NCBI GenBank assembly: GCA_050183355.1
Contig: JBFXBH010000003.1
Span: 15,131 to 79,130 of the forward strand
DNA length: 64,000 nt
Direction: 5' to 3'
Origin: Vicinamibacterales bacterium
Lineage (GTDB): Bacteria; Acidobacteriota; Vicinamibacteria; Vicinamibacterales; UBA2999
How positions within the stretch are numbered: position 1 is the stretch's first letter; the number at the start of each line of letters is the position of its first letter. Shown piece after piece: positions 33,206-43,407 of the stretch. Under the pieces are notes generated by a model. That model was given only the letters and a program-made list of their open reading frames with translations. It made no database searches and had not been told where the DNA came from. The position numbers and the translations under genes are program-made.

Positions 33206-34945
33206 TCAGGAGGCCGGTTGCAGGCTCTCCCGAAACGCCCGCCATCCGCCGAACCGGGTGATCTCCTCCGCCCCGGCCAGGCCGGCCGCCTCGCAGATGA
33301 ACCCCTTCACCCAGCGGCCGTCGGCGAGCCGCACGTTGCCAATGCCGAGTGGCGGAGGCACGCCGTCGACGAAGCTGCCGAACGCCGCCTCGGGCACGGC
33401 CCAGACCTCGACGTCGATGCCGGGTCCGGCGAAGCCCGGCTCACGCACCAGGCCCGGCTTCGGGGGCAGCGTGTCGGCCAGCGCGAACAGCCGGTAGTCG
33501 GCAGCGGTCGCCGTCGTCTCGAGGAGCCGCGCCCCCCGCTGGGTCAACTGCCAGTTGAGCGGCTGCCCGGTGAGATGCGCGCCCACCACCGCGACGGCGA
33601 TGCAGCCGGGCGTCCGGCGCGGGTCGGCCGCCCCCTCGAATCGGGATGCCAGCGCCAACAGGCCTTCGTCCGAGAACGCCGGAGCGGCCAGCGAGATTCC
33701 GAACGGCAGGCCGTCGTCGCGCATGCCGGCGGGCACGGCCAGCACGGCGAGGTCCATCAGGTTCGCGAAGTTCGTGTAGTAGCCGAGGTTGGTGTTGAGC
33801 CGCACCGGCTCCTGCTCCACGGCCGCCCGCGTGTAGATGGTGCCGGCCGTCGGCAGCGCGAGCACGTCGATGTCGGCCCACGTGCTCCGGGTCGCCGCGA
33901 TCAGGGCCTGCAGCCGGTAGAGCGCCGTGTACGCGTCGACCGCCGAACGCTGCCGGCCTCCCAGGATGATGTCGCGCACGACGGGGTGGATGTCGGCCGC
34001 GCCCCGCTCGATGAAGTCGCCCACGGCCGCGGTGCGCTCGGCCACCCAGGGCCCCGCGTACAGCAGGCTCGCCGCCTCGCGGAACGGCGCGAAGTCGATC
34101 TCCACGACGGTCCCGCCGATGGCCTGCAGGCGCTCGATCGCGCGCGCATACAGGCCCGGCGTCAGCGGGTCGTCGAAGAATGCGAGGTCTGCCTGACGGG
34201 GCACGCCCACCCGGAACGGGCCGGACGCCCACGGCGCGGCGCCCGCGCCCGGCGCCGGCACCCGCGAGAACGGGTCATCCGCGTCCGCCCCGCGAGCCAC
34301 GCTCAGCACCAGGCCGGCGTCGGCGGTATCGCGGGTGAACACCGATACGCAATCGAGCGACCGGCACGCGGGCACGACGCCGCTCGTGCCGATCACACCC
34401 CGCGTCGGCTTCAACCCGACCAGGCTGTTGAACGCCGCGGGCACGCGTCCCGATCCGGCGGTGTCGGTCCCGAGCGAGAAGGCCACCTGCCCCCGCGCGA
34501 CGGCCACGGCGGACCCGGAGCTGGAGCCGCCCGAGATGAAGCGGTCGTCGAAGACGTTCGCGCAGGCGCCGTACGGGGACCGCACGCCCACGAGGCCCGT
34601 GGCGAACTGGTCGAGGTTGGTCTTGCCGATCACGACGGCGCCGGCCGCCGTGAGGCGTGCCACGACGCCGGCATCGCGCGCCGGCGTGTAGGCGAAGGAC
34701 GGGCACGCCGCGGTGGTGGGCAGGCCGGCGACGTCGATGTTGTCCTTCACGGCAAATGGGACGCCCGCCAGCGGCAGCGACAGGTCGATACCCGACGCCC
34801 GCCGCACGGCCGCAGCGCGGTCCGCGAGCGCAATCCATACGGGCCCCTGCCCGTCGGCCTCGATGCGCGCGAACACCGCGTCGATCACCTCCGCGGGGGT
34901 GCGGGTGCCCGCGCGGTAATCGCGCAGCAGCGCCTGAATCGTCAT
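33206..34945 (-). CDS. atzF: allophanate hydrolase (amidase-signature enzyme plus AtzF-type C-terminal domain)
   Basis: Trimmed to MTIQALLRDYRAG...; ATGA overlap with the carboxylase stop. Amidase signature GGSSSGSAVAVA...GTDTAGSGRVPAA. Confidence 0.9.
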   Translation of the reverse strand: MTIQALLRDYRAGTRTPAEVIDAVFARIEADGQGPVWIALADRAAAVRRASGIDLSLPLAGVPFAVKDNIDVAGLPTTAACPSFAYTPARDAGVVARLTAAGAVVIGKTNLDQFATGLVGVRSPYGACANVFDDRFISGGSSSGSAVAVARGQVAFSLGTDTAGSGRVPAAFNSLVGLKPTRGVIGTSGVVPACRSLDCVSVFTRDTADAGLVLSVARGADADDPFSRVPAPGAGAAPWASGPFRVGVPRQADLAFFDDPLTPGLYARAIERLQAIGGTVVEIDFAPFREAASLLYAGPWVAERTAAVGDFIERGAADIHPVVRDIILGGRQRSAVDAYTALYRLQALIAATRSTWADIDVLALPTAGTIYTRAAVEQEPVRLNTNLGYYTNFANLMDLAVLAVPAGMRDDGLPFGISLAAPAFSDEGLLALASRFEGAADPRRTPGCIAVAVVGAHLTGQPLNWQLTQRGARLLETTATAADYRLFALADTLPPKPGLVREPGFAGPGIDVEVWAVPEAAFGSFVDGVPPPLGIGNVRLADGRWVKGFICEAAGLAGAEEITRFGGWRAFRESLQPAS

Positions 34946-37900
34946 GCGACCCGCACGGTGGCCAGGTTCTGCCCCGCCATGACCATCGCGCCCTTCTCGC
35001 AGTGCAGGATCTCGACGACGCCGGTCGACGGCGCCACGACGATGACCTCCATCTTCATGGCTTCGAGCACGAGCAGCTTCTGCCCGGCTTCGACCCGCTG
35101 GCCGTGCTCGACGGCCAACTGCCACACGCTCGCCGTCACCGGCGCACGGACCGCCTCGCACCCGTCAGGCACCTCCGCCTGGACGGGTGGTGCCGCATCC
35201 TCGGGCGGCTCGACGAACTCCGGCTGCCCGGCCGCCGCCCAGCGCTCGCGTTCGGCCAGGAAGGCCGCCTGCTGGTGCCGCTTGAAGGCCGCCGACTCGT
35301 CCGCGTTGGCCGCGAGGAACGCGTGGTACTCGCGCAGGCTGAACTGCCGGGGCTCGATCGAAATCTCGTACTCGCCGTGCGGAAATGCGTCGCGCATCTC
35401 CAGCAGTTCCGCCGCGCCCACCGGGAAGAACCGGATCTGGTCGAAGAAGCGCAGCAGCCACGGCGAGCCCGGCTCGAACGCCTTCGTGGTCCGCCACGTG
35501 TTCCACATCTGGACGGTGCGCCCGACGAACTGGTAGCCGCCGGGGCCTTCCATCCCGTACACGCACATGTAGGCGCCGCCGATGCCGACCGAGTTCTCGG
35601 CCGTCCACGTGCGGGCGGGGTTGTACTTGGTGGTCACGAGACGATGGCGCGGGTCGACCGGCGTGGCCACGGGCGCGCCGAGGTAGACATCGCCCAGGCC
35701 GAGCACGAGGTAGGACGCGTCGTACACGATGCGCTTCACGTCCTCCACCGAGTCGAGTCCGTTGATGCGGCGGATGAACTCGATGTTGCTCGGACACCAC
35801 GGGGCGTCCGCCCGCACGGACTGCATGTACTTCTCGATCGCCAGCAGCGTCGCCGGGTCCTCCCACGAGAGCGGCAGGTGCACCACACGCGACGGGATCG
35901 TCAGGTCGTCGAGGTCCGGCAGCCTCGTCTCGCACTCCTCGAGCGCCCGGATCAGGACCTCGCGCGGCAGCACCCGGCTGTCGTAGTGGATCTGCAGCGA
36001 CCGGATGCCGGGCGTGATGTCCACGATGCCGCGCAGCGCCTGCGCCCGCAGCAACTGCTCCAGGGCATGGATCCGGAAGCGCAGGTTCAGGTCCAGCTCG
36101 TTGGGCCCCATCTCGACCAGCAGATACCGGTCACCCGCGGCGCGGTAGACGATGGAGGCGGCCCGGTGCAGAATCGCCGGTTCCCGCGGTTCGTCCACCG
36201 GCACGGGCAACGCGCCGGTCAACGACGTGACCGCCGCGTCGAGTTCGCGCTCGAGCCGGGTGGCCTGGGCGTTGGTCAGCATGCGGAAGCGCACCTGATC
36301 GCCGGCCCGCAACTGCCCCATCTTCCAGATCTCGGCCTGGGCGATCACGGCCGGACAGACGAAGCCGCCGAGGCTGGGCCCGTCCGGACCGAGCAGGATG
36401 GGCATGTCGCCCGTGAAGTCCATGGCGCCGATGGCGTAGGCGTTGTCGTGCAGGTTGGACGGGTGCAGCCCCGCCTCACCGCCATCCTTCCGGGCCCAGA
36501 CCGGCCGCGGTCCGATGAGCCGGACGCCCGTGCGGTCGGAGTTGTAGTGGACCTTCCACGATGCCGAGAACAACGTCTCGATGTCGCCCTCGGTGAAGAA
36601 GTCCGGTGCGACGTGCGGGCCGAAGAGCACGCCGATCTCCCACTCCGCGCCGTAGGCGGGCGTGAGCGCCGCGGGCAGCACGGAGGCCGGCGCGGGCAGG
36701 CCCGCGTCGCCGCCCCAGCGCACCAGATCTCCGGCGCGCAGCACGCGGCCGGCGTGGCCGCCGAACTTGCCGAGGATGAAGGTCGACCGGCTGCCGAGAT
36801 ACTCGGGCACGTCGAGCCCGCCACGCACCGCCAGATACGCCCGAGACCCGGGGCCCCGCGCGGACCCGAGCCTGAGCACCTGCCCGGCCCTGACGGCGAC
36901 GGCCGCCCAGCGCGGCACCGGCTGCCCGTCGAGCGTCGCCTGCATGTCCGCGCCGCCGAGCGCGATCACCGTGGCGGCGTGGAAACGGAGCGTCGGCCCC
37001 ATCATCGTGCACTCGAGGCCCGCCGCCCCTTCGGGGTTGCCGACGACCCGGCTCACGAGGCGGAAGGCCAGCGTGTCCATCGGCCCGGACGGCGGCACGC
37101 CCACGTGCCAGTAGCCCGTGCGTCCCGGGTAGTCCTGCACGGTCGTCTGCATGCCGGGCTCGACGACATCGAACCCGCGCGGGTGATACGCCACCGTGGA
37201 CAGGAAGCTGGTCGGAAACCCGCCCGCGCGGAAGCCCGGTGTCCCGACGACGGTGCGCAGATAGTCGAGGTTCGTCTCGACGCCCTCGCACCGCGTCCCG
37301 GCCAGGGCGGCGGCCAGCGCGTCCACGGCGGCCTCCCGCGTGTCGGCCTTGACGATCAGCTTGGCGAGCATCGGGTCGTAGTACGGCGTGATCTCCGAGC
37401 CCGCCGAGACCCAGCCGTCCCAGCGCACGCCCGCCGGCACCCGCACCTCGGTCAGCGTGCCGGTACTCGGCCGGAAGCCGTGCGCGGCGTCCTCGGCGTA
37501 GATGCGGACCTGGATGGACGCGCCGGACGGCACGGGCCGCAGTGTCTCGATCGGCGGCAGCGTGCCGGCGCCGAGCCGCACCATCCACTCGACGAGGTCG
37601 ACGCCGGTCACTTCCTCGGTCACGCCGTGCTCCACCTGGAGCCGCGTGTTGACCTCGAGAAAGTAGAACGCCTCCCTGTCGGCGTCGTACAGGAACTCGG
37701 CGGTGCCCGCGGACCGGTAGTGCACCGCGCGGGCCAGGCGCTCGGCCGTCTCGAGCAGGCGCGCGCGCACCGCCGGCCTGAGGCCCGGGGCCGGCGTTTC
37801 CTCGATCACCTTCTGGTTGCGCCGCTGCGCGGAGCAGTCCCGCTCACCGAGCGCGATGACCTGCCCGCGGCCGTCCCCGAACAGCTGGACCTCGATGTGC

Positions 37901-38517
37901 CGCGCGCGCTCGACGTAGCGCTCCAGATACACGCCCGCCTGGCCGAAGTTCGCGGCGCCGAGCCGCGCCACCGCGGCAAAGCCGGCCGCCAGTTCGTCCG
38001 CGCTCCGGCAGACCCGCATGCCGATGCCACCGCCGCCGGCCGTGCTCTTCAGGATCACGGGATAGCCGCAGCGCTCCGCCTCGGCCAGCGCCTCCGCCTC
38101 GTCGGCGAGCAGGCCCGTGCCCGGCAGGAGCGGAGCCCCCTCCTGCAGCGCCAGCTCCCGCGCCGTGTGCTTGAGGCCGAGGGCCCGCATCTGCGCGGCC
38201 GTCGGCCCGAGGAACACCAGGCCCGCGGCTTCGCACGCCTCGACGAACCCGGCGTTCTCGCTCAGGAAGCCGTAGCCGGGGTGAATCGCCTGCGCGCCCG
38301 TGCGGCGGGCCGCCTCGAGGATTGCCTCCTGGTTCAGGTAGCTCTGCGCGGCCACGGCGGGTCCCACGCAGACGGCCTGGTCGGCCAGGGCCACGTGGGG
38401 CGCATGGCGGTCGGCGTCGGAGAAGATGGCGACCGGGGACAGGCCGAGACGCCGGAGCGTGCGGATGATGCGGCAGGCGATCGCGCCGCGGTTCGCGATG
38501 AGGACGGTCGTGAGCAC
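34942..38517 (-). CDS. urea carboxylase family enzyme (biotin carboxylase + KipA/KipI-like carboxyltransferase + biotinyl domain); could be a guanidine carboxylase
   Basis: 1191 aa. N-terminal ATP-grasp biotin carboxylase, central allophanate-hydrolase-subunit-like domains, and a C-terminal biotin attachment site LEAMKME. Confidence 0.9.
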   Translation of the reverse strand: MLTTVLIANRGAIACRIIRTLRRLGLSPVAIFSDADRHAPHVALADQAVCVGPAVAAQSYLNQEAILEAARRTGAQAIHPGYGFLSENAGFVEACEAAGLVFLGPTAAQMRALGLKHTARELALQEGAPLLPGTGLLADEAEALAEAERCGYPVILKSTAGGGGIGMRVCRSADELAAGFAAVARLGAANFGQAGVYLERYVERARHIEVQLFGDGRGQVIALGERDCSAQRRNQKVIEETPAPGLRPAVRARLLETAERLARAVHYRSAGTAEFLYDADREAFYFLEVNTRLQVEHGVTEEVTGVDLVEWMVRLGAGTLPPIETLRPVPSGASIQVRIYAEDAAHGFRPSTGTLTEVRVPAGVRWDGWVSAGSEITPYYDPMLAKLIVKADTREAAVDALAAALAGTRCEGVETNLDYLRTVVGTPGFRAGGFPTSFLSTVAYHPRGFDVVEPGMQTTVQDYPGRTGYWHVGVPPSGPMDTLAFRLVSRVVGNPEGAAGLECTMMGPTLRFHAATVIALGGADMQATLDGQPVPRWAAVAVRAGQVLRLGSARGPGSRAYLAVRGGLDVPEYLGSRSTFILGKFGGHAGRVLRAGDLVRWGGDAGLPAPASVLPAALTPAYGAEWEIGVLFGPHVAPDFFTEGDIETLFSASWKVHYNSDRTGVRLIGPRPVWARKDGGEAGLHPSNLHDNAYAIGAMDFTGDMPILLGPDGPSLGGFVCPAVIAQAEIWKMGQLRAGDQVRFRMLTNAQATRLERELDAAVTSLTGALPVPVDEPREPAILHRAASIVYRAAGDRYLLVEMGPNELDLNLRFRIHALEQLLRAQALRGIVDITPGIRSLQIHYDSRVLPREVLIRALEECETRLPDLDDLTIPSRVVHLPLSWEDPATLLAIEKYMQSVRADAPWCPSNIEFIRRINGLDSVEDVKRIVYDASYLVLGLGDVYLGAPVATPVDPRHRLVTTKYNPARTWTAENSVGIGGAYMCVYGMEGPGGYQFVGRTVQMWNTWRTTKAFEPGSPWLLRFFDQIRFFPVGAAELLEMRDAFPHGEYEISIEPRQFSLREYHAFLAANADESAAFKRHQQAAFLAERERWAAAGQPEFVEPPEDAAPPVQAEVPDGCEAVRAPVTASVWQLAVEHGQRVEAGQKLLVLEAMKMEVIVVAPSTGVVEILHCEKGAMVMAGQNLATVRVA

Positions 38518-38520
38518 GGA

Positions 38521-39162
38521 CTAGACGGGGTCCCAGATCAGGACGCGGATGGGCGTCGGGTTGTAGGCGTTGCACGGGTTGTTGAGCTGCGGGCAATTGC
38601 TGATCACGGCCAGCACGTCCATCTCCGCGCGCAGCTCGACGTACTTGCCCGGCGCGGACACGCCGTCCTCGAACGTCAGCGTCCCGTCCGGCGTGACCGG
38701 CACGTTCATGAAGAAGTTGATGTTGTGCGTCACGTCGCGCTTTTCGAAGCCGTGTCCCCAGTCGACGAGCCCCTTCACGAAGCTCTGGCGGCAGGCGTGC
38801 ATGTACCGCTTCTCGATCGCGTAGCGCACCATGTTGCTCTCGGTCGCGCAGGCGCCGCCCAGCGTGTCGTGACGGCCGCAGGTGTCCGCGACGATCGTCA
38901 GCAGCGTGTGCCCCTTGCTCGAGATCAGCTTCGTCCCCGTCGTCAGGTAGATATTGCCCTGCTCGCGGATCGTGTCCTGCGCCGAGTAGCGGTCCTCGAG
39001 GTCGTGGGCGTTGTAGAAGAGCGTGTCCGCGGCCTGGTTGCCCTCCAGGTCCAGGATCCGGACGTGCTGGCCGCGCCGGATCTCGTGGACCCACGGGTCC
39101 CCGGCCTCGACGATCGCGTCGTAGCTGGCGGTCTCGGGCGTGAGCGGGCTCTCGGTCAGCAT
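38521..39162 (-). CDS. urea-carboxylase-associated protein 2 (DUF1989; CgdB-like)
   Basis: Trimmed to [10 protein letters not shown].... The DUF1989 pattern reads ...[15 protein letters not shown]...[10 protein letters not shown]. Confidence 0.85.
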   Translation of the reverse strand: MLTESPLTPETASYDAIVEAGDPWVHEIRRGQHVRILDLEGNQAADTLFYNAHDLEDRYSAQDTIREQGNIYLTTGTKLISSKGHTLLTIVADTCGRHDTLGGACATESNMVRYAIEKRYMHACRQSFVKGLVDWGHGFEKRDVTHNINFFMNVPVTPDGTLTFEDGVSAPGKYVELRAEMDVLAVISNCPQLNNPCNAYNPTPIRVLIWDPV

Positions 39163-39164
39163 GG

Positions 39165-39875
39165 CTACAGGAAATACCTCTCGGTGATCGTGAAGCCGCG
39201 GCCGTTCTCGGGGCACTTCACCCGGCACGGGTCGTCCGCGGCGGGCGGCGGGACCCTGAGCACGGCCAGGTCCACGGCCTGCGGGTCGTAGGCCGGATTC
39301 GGGTCGAGCGGATGCTGGCAGGTGTTCAGCATCACCAGGACGTTCATCTCGGCCCGAAGCTGGACGCACGCGCCCGCCGTGGAGTGACCGGGCACGTAGC
39401 GCATCGCGCCGGTGTCATCCACGACGACCTTGCTGAAGAAGTTGAGCGGCGCCACCATGTCGCGCGCGGACAGCCCGTACTTCTCGAGCTCGACGATGAA
39501 GCCGTCCTGGGCGTTGCGGTGCCAGGCATTCCGCAGACGCTGATAACTGCCTTCGCCGTACTTCTGCCGGACCAGCGCGGCGTTCGAGATGCCGCTCAGC
39601 GGGTCGTGCCACCCGAGGCTGTCGTGCGTCACGGAGCAGAGAATCCGCCCCATGTCGGAATAGAGCACGTCGCCCGCCGTCAGGCGCGCGATGTGCTGCG
39701 CCTTCAGCGTGTCGGGCATGTTGTAGCGCTCGGTCGGGTTCTCCCAGTTGTAGAACATGGCCGCAACGTTGGCCCGGCCGGTCGGGTCCGTGATGCGGAG
39801 CGCCGTGCCGCGCTTGAGGACGTGCGACCAGGTCGCACCCTCCCGCACCACGTCCGTGAACAGCGTGTCCTCCAC
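39165..39875 (-). CDS. urea-carboxylase-associated protein 1 (DUF1989; CgdA-like)
   Basis: Trimmed to GTG 39875 ([17 protein letters not shown]...), downstream of the preceding gene's stop at 39908. A paralog of the adjacent DUF1989 gene. Confidence 0.8.
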   Translation of the reverse strand: MEDTLFTDVVREGATWSHVLKRGTALRITDPTGRANVAAMFYNWENPTERYNMPDTLKAQHIARLTAGDVLYSDMGRILCSVTHDSLGWHDPLSGISNAALVRQKYGEGSYQRLRNAWHRNAQDGFIVELEKYGLSARDMVAPLNFFSKVVVDDTGAMRYVPGHSTAGACVQLRAEMNVLVMLNTCQHPLDPNPAYDPQAVDLAVLRVPPPAADDPCRVKCPENGRGFTITERYFL

Positions 39876-39907
39876 CGGATCGATTGTGGCGCAGGCGGAC
39901 GCCGGGC

Positions 39908-40939
39908 CTACAGCAGTTTCGGATCGATACGCCACACGTTCTCCTGCCGGATGTTGGAGAGCCACACGGCGCCATGCCCCACGCGGACCGCGTCGCCGCC
40001 CAAGCCCGTCCACTGGCGGACGACCGAGTTCGTCTCCGGGTCGATCTCGGTCAACGGGATCTCGAACACGGTCACCCACACGCGTCCGGCGCCGAACGCA
40101 ATCTCTCCCCCGCCGCCGGGCACGCCCACCTGGATGTTGGTCACGAGCTTCCGCGTCTTGACGTCCACGCGCGAGACGGTGCCGTCCCCCTGGTTCAGCG
40201 TCCAGATGGCGCCGCCACCCACGGTTGTGAAACGCGGGTTCGGCCCGACCGGAATGCGGTCGGTGATCAGGTTGGTGTGCGGGTCGACCCGCACGACGAC
40301 GCTCTCCTCGGTGCTGACCACCCAGACGGCCTTGTCCTCGCCCACCACGGTGACCGACGAGCCCTTCGGCACGCCGATCTCGGCCACGACCCGGTTCGTG
40401 TCCGGGTCGATCCGCGAGAGGATCCCCTTCATGTCACTCGTGAGCCAGACGCTGTCGGCGGTCGCCGCGATGCCGCCCTCGCTCAGCGCCGGCCCGACGT
40501 GGAGCGTGGCCGTGATCTGATTGGTCTTGAGGTCGATGCGCTGGAGTGCCTTGGTGGCGGGCTTGTCCGGCTCGCCGCAGATGGGCACCCAGAGCGACTC
40601 GAACGCGGCCACGAGGCCGCTGCACGGCCGGACACCCGTGTCGACCGTCGTCACCACCGTGTTCGTCTTCGGGTCCAGCCTCGCGACCATGTTCTTCCGG
40701 CCGCTCGTCACCCAGACGGCGTCCGGCGTGATGACCTGCCAGTCGGGATTGCCCGCGACCGGAAACACCGCCACCGGCTTGATGGCGGTGATCTCCCGCT
40801 TCACGCCGGGCGTGCTGACGCCCGGCCGCGGCGGGCGCTGCGCGGCGGGCCCACCGGGGGCGGGCGTTGGAGTCTGGGCGGCCATCAGGGCGCCGGTCAG
40901 GATGACCGCGGGAATCGTCAGCAACGTCGTCGGCTTCAC
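39908..40939 (-). CDS. secreted beta-propeller protein (repeated ...RIDP.TN.V... blades)
   Basis: 343 aa with a signal peptide. At least six repeats of the type VW(V)T....V.RIDP.TN.V. A paralog of the N-terminal half of 43408..45264. Confidence 0.7.
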   Translation of the reverse strand: MKPTTLLTIPAVILTGALMAAQTPTPAPGGPAAQRPPRPGVSTPGVKREITAIKPVAVFPVAGNPDWQVITPDAVWVTSGRKNMVARLDPKTNTVVTTVDTGVRPCSGLVAAFESLWVPICGEPDKPATKALQRIDLKTNQITATLHVGPALSEGGIAATADSVWLTSDMKGILSRIDPDTNRVVAEIGVPKGSSVTVVGEDKAVWVVSTEESVVVRVDPHTNLITDRIPVGPNPRFTTVGGGAIWTLNQGDGTVSRVDVKTRKLVTNIQVGVPGGGGEIAFGAGRVWVTVFEIPLTEIDPETNSVVRQWTGLGGDAVRVGHGAVWLSNIRQENVWRIDPKLL

Positions 40940-42373
40940 TTACACACCCTCCTGCACCGCGTCGGACAGCACGGCGGCCCGGCCCTCCTCGGTGCGATTC
41001 GTCAACAGGCACACGGCGAAGAACGTGACGGCGCTGACCACCGGCGGCAGCAGCGTGTCGAGGCCGGCCCACTCGGCCGGCGTGACGAAATGCGCCAGCA
41101 GCCGCGCACCCGTGCCGGCGACGATCGACGCCAGCGCGCCGGCCTGGTTCGCCTTCGGCCAGTAGACGCCCGCGAACAGCGGAATGACGCAGCCCGCGAG
41201 CACGATGTCGAAGGCCAGGATGAGCAGGATGCCCGGTTCGGGCCGCACGTAGGCCAGCGCGCCGGCCGCGGCGGCCACGGGAATGGCCATCGCGCGGGCC
41301 AGCCCGAGCAGCCGCCCGCTGTCGGTGAAGCCCGGGTTGCGCCGCTGGACGATGTTCTTGGCCAGCACCAGCGACATGACCAGGATGGCGCCGTTGGCCG
41401 TCGACATCGACGCGCCGAGCACGCCGACAAACACCAGCACCCCGATCCCGAACGGCAGGATCTCCGAGGCCATCGCCGGCAGCACCATCCGGGGGTCGGC
41501 GGCGTTCTGGACGCTCGCCACGCCCGCGAGCCCGATGATGGCCACGCAGCAGCCGATCACCACCGTGATGCCGGCGCTGTAGTAGCAGCCACGCTGGGCG
41601 GTGCGGCCGTCCCGGGCGGCAAAGACCCGTTCCATGAAGTCCAGCGCCATGGCGTTCCCGAACACGAGCGCGAGCATGCCGGCCCAGTTCGCCAGTGCGC
41701 CGCTCTCGCGGTGGAGGATGGAGCTGAAGTCCACGGTGGCCGCCGGCACGGCGGCGACCATGTTGCCGAACCCGCGCGTGGCGACGAGCCAGACGGCCGC
41801 GCCGACGAATCCGGCCAGGGCCAGGTAGATCTGGAAGAAGTCCGTCCACACGGCCGAGTACAGGCCGCCGGCGATGGTGTAGGTCACGATGATGGCCGTC
41901 GCCACCACCAGGGCCGGCAGGTAGTCGATGCCGCTGACCACCGAGAGCACCCAGGCGACGGCGCTCAGATTGCCCGCGATGAGGACCGTGAACGAGACGA
42001 TGGTCAGCACCGAGACGGCCTGCTCGGTCGGCACGCCGTAGCGCCGGAAGAAGAACTCCGGCAGGGTGAACAGGTTCATCCGATTGAGCGGGGCGGCCAG
42101 GAACCGGCCGACGAGCACCAGGCTCAGCGCGAGCCCCATCGAGATCATCAGCCCGCCCCACACGCTGCCCGTGTAGGTGATGGAGACGGCGCCGAGCGTG
42201 GAGTTGCCGTCGACGGCCTGGGCGAGGAGTGTCGTGCCCACGACCATGAACGGCAGCGTCTTGTCGCACACCGCGAATCCGGTCGCGGACCCCCGCACCT
42301 TCGTATAGGTATAGAGACCAATCGCAAGCGAGATCGCCATGAAGATGGCGACCGGCCAGAACATCACCGTCAT
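40940..42373 (-). CDS. sodium:solute symporter (SSS) family transporter
   Basis: 477 aa, roughly 13 TM, SSF-like N-terminus. Its stop abuts the next gene's start with no gap. Confidence 0.85.
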   Translation of the reverse strand: MTVMFWPVAIFMAISLAIGLYTYTKVRGSATGFAVCDKTLPFMVVGTTLLAQAVDGNSTLGAVSITYTGSVWGGLMISMGLALSLVLVGRFLAAPLNRMNLFTLPEFFFRRYGVPTEQAVSVLTIVSFTVLIAGNLSAVAWVLSVVSGIDYLPALVVATAIIVTYTIAGGLYSAVWTDFFQIYLALAGFVGAAVWLVATRGFGNMVAAVPAATVDFSSILHRESGALANWAGMLALVFGNAMALDFMERVFAARDGRTAQRGCYYSAGITVVIGCCVAIIGLAGVASVQNAADPRMVLPAMASEILPFGIGVLVFVGVLGASMSTANGAILVMSLVLAKNIVQRRNPGFTDSGRLLGLARAMAIPVAAAAGALAYVRPEPGILLILAFDIVLAGCVIPLFAGVYWPKANQAGALASIVAGTGARLLAHFVTPAEWAGLDTLLPPVVSAVTFFAVCLLTNRTEEGRAAVLSDAVQEGV

Positions 42374-42414
42374 TGCTTCCCCCTTCCGGGACCGGATGCC
42401 GCCGAGGCGACGGG

Positions 42415-43374
42415 TTAGCGCGGAACGCGCGGCGAGAGGATCACGTCCCGCAGCACGACGCGGTCGAGCTTGCCGTTCAGGCGCTGGATCGCGTCCTGCA
42501 GCTCCAGCAGCGTGCCGCGCGTGAGCTCAAGGACGTGTTCCTCGGGCTGATACACGGTGCCGCGCGGGTAGTCCACGAACGGCGTGCTGGTCTGCTCGAT
42601 GTGCGTGCCGAGGATGTGGGCCACGGGCTTGTCGGCCGTGAAGTCCACGAGCCGCTTGTGGCTGGCGGCGAAGGTGGGAAACTCCGCGTCGCCGACGTAC
42701 AGGCGGCCCGGGTAGAAGCTGTCGCCGGTCAGCAGGATGCCCGTCTGACGGTCGTAGATCGCGATGCCCGCGACGTCGTGGCCGGGGATCGGGATGATGT
42801 CGACGACCCGGCCGCCCAGATCGAACGGCACGATGTCGGTCGGCCAGGTCTTGATGCCGAACGCCTGCTGGAGGGCGTCGACCTTCGCCGGCACGAGCTG
42901 CACGTTCGGCAGCCCGGCGAAGGTCCTGTCACCCGCGACGTGGTCGCCGTGCGAATGGGAGTGCGTCACCACCAGTTGCGGTGGCGCGGTGCGCCCGTTG
43001 CGCTTCGTCCACTTCGCGATGAGATCCATCACCACGGGCGCCGTGTTCGCCTCGCCCGCGCCCGTGTCTTCGAGCAGCACCTTGTCGCGCCCGAAGATCA
43101 GGAACAGGAACGGCTTCTCGTAGTGGCTGCACCCGGACTGCCGGAGGATGAAGAAGTTCGGGTTGTACTCGTGCACCTGGAAGGCCGCCGCCTCCATGCA
43201 CTTCGGCCCGCCCGTCGACCAGCGGGACGGCAGCACGCCGGGCTCGACGAAGGCGCTCGGCGGGTGTGGGGGCATCGCCTGCGCCGCCGATCCCTGCTGG
43301 GCCCGGAGCGCGGGACGCGCGACCAGACCGACCGTGAGCACCAGCAGCAGCGACGACAGCGAACGCACCTTCAC
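42415..43374 (-). CDS. secreted MBL-fold metallo-hydrolase
   Basis: 319 aa with a signal peptide and the metal-binding motif THSHSHGDH. Confidence 0.8.
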   Translation of the reverse strand: MKVRSLSSLLLVLTVGLVARPALRAQQGSAAQAMPPHPPSAFVEPGVLPSRWSTGGPKCMEAAAFQVHEYNPNFFILRQSGCSHYEKPFLFLIFGRDKVLLEDTGAGEANTAPVVMDLIAKWTKRNGRTAPPQLVVTHSHSHGDHVAGDRTFAGLPNVQLVPAKVDALQQAFGIKTWPTDIVPFDLGGRVVDIIPIPGHDVAGIAIYDRQTGILLTGDSFYPGRLYVGDAEFPTFAASHKRLVDFTADKPVAHILGTHIEQTSTPFVDYPRGTVYQPEEHVLELTRGTLLELQDAIQRLNGKLDRVVLRDVILSPRVPR

Positions 43375-43407
43375 GCGATCCCCCTTTGGGTTTCAGTCAG
43401 ACGTTGA

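Noticed and set aside
39876-39907. A search for a ykkC/guanidine riboswitch or other leader ahead of the DUF1989/carboxylase genes, also checked in 42374-42414, 43375-43407 and 53740-54098.
   Set aside because: The internal gaps are too short (at most 41 nt). I could not see the conserved ykkC segments in the large upstream region. This is only a by-eye negative and needs cmsearch.
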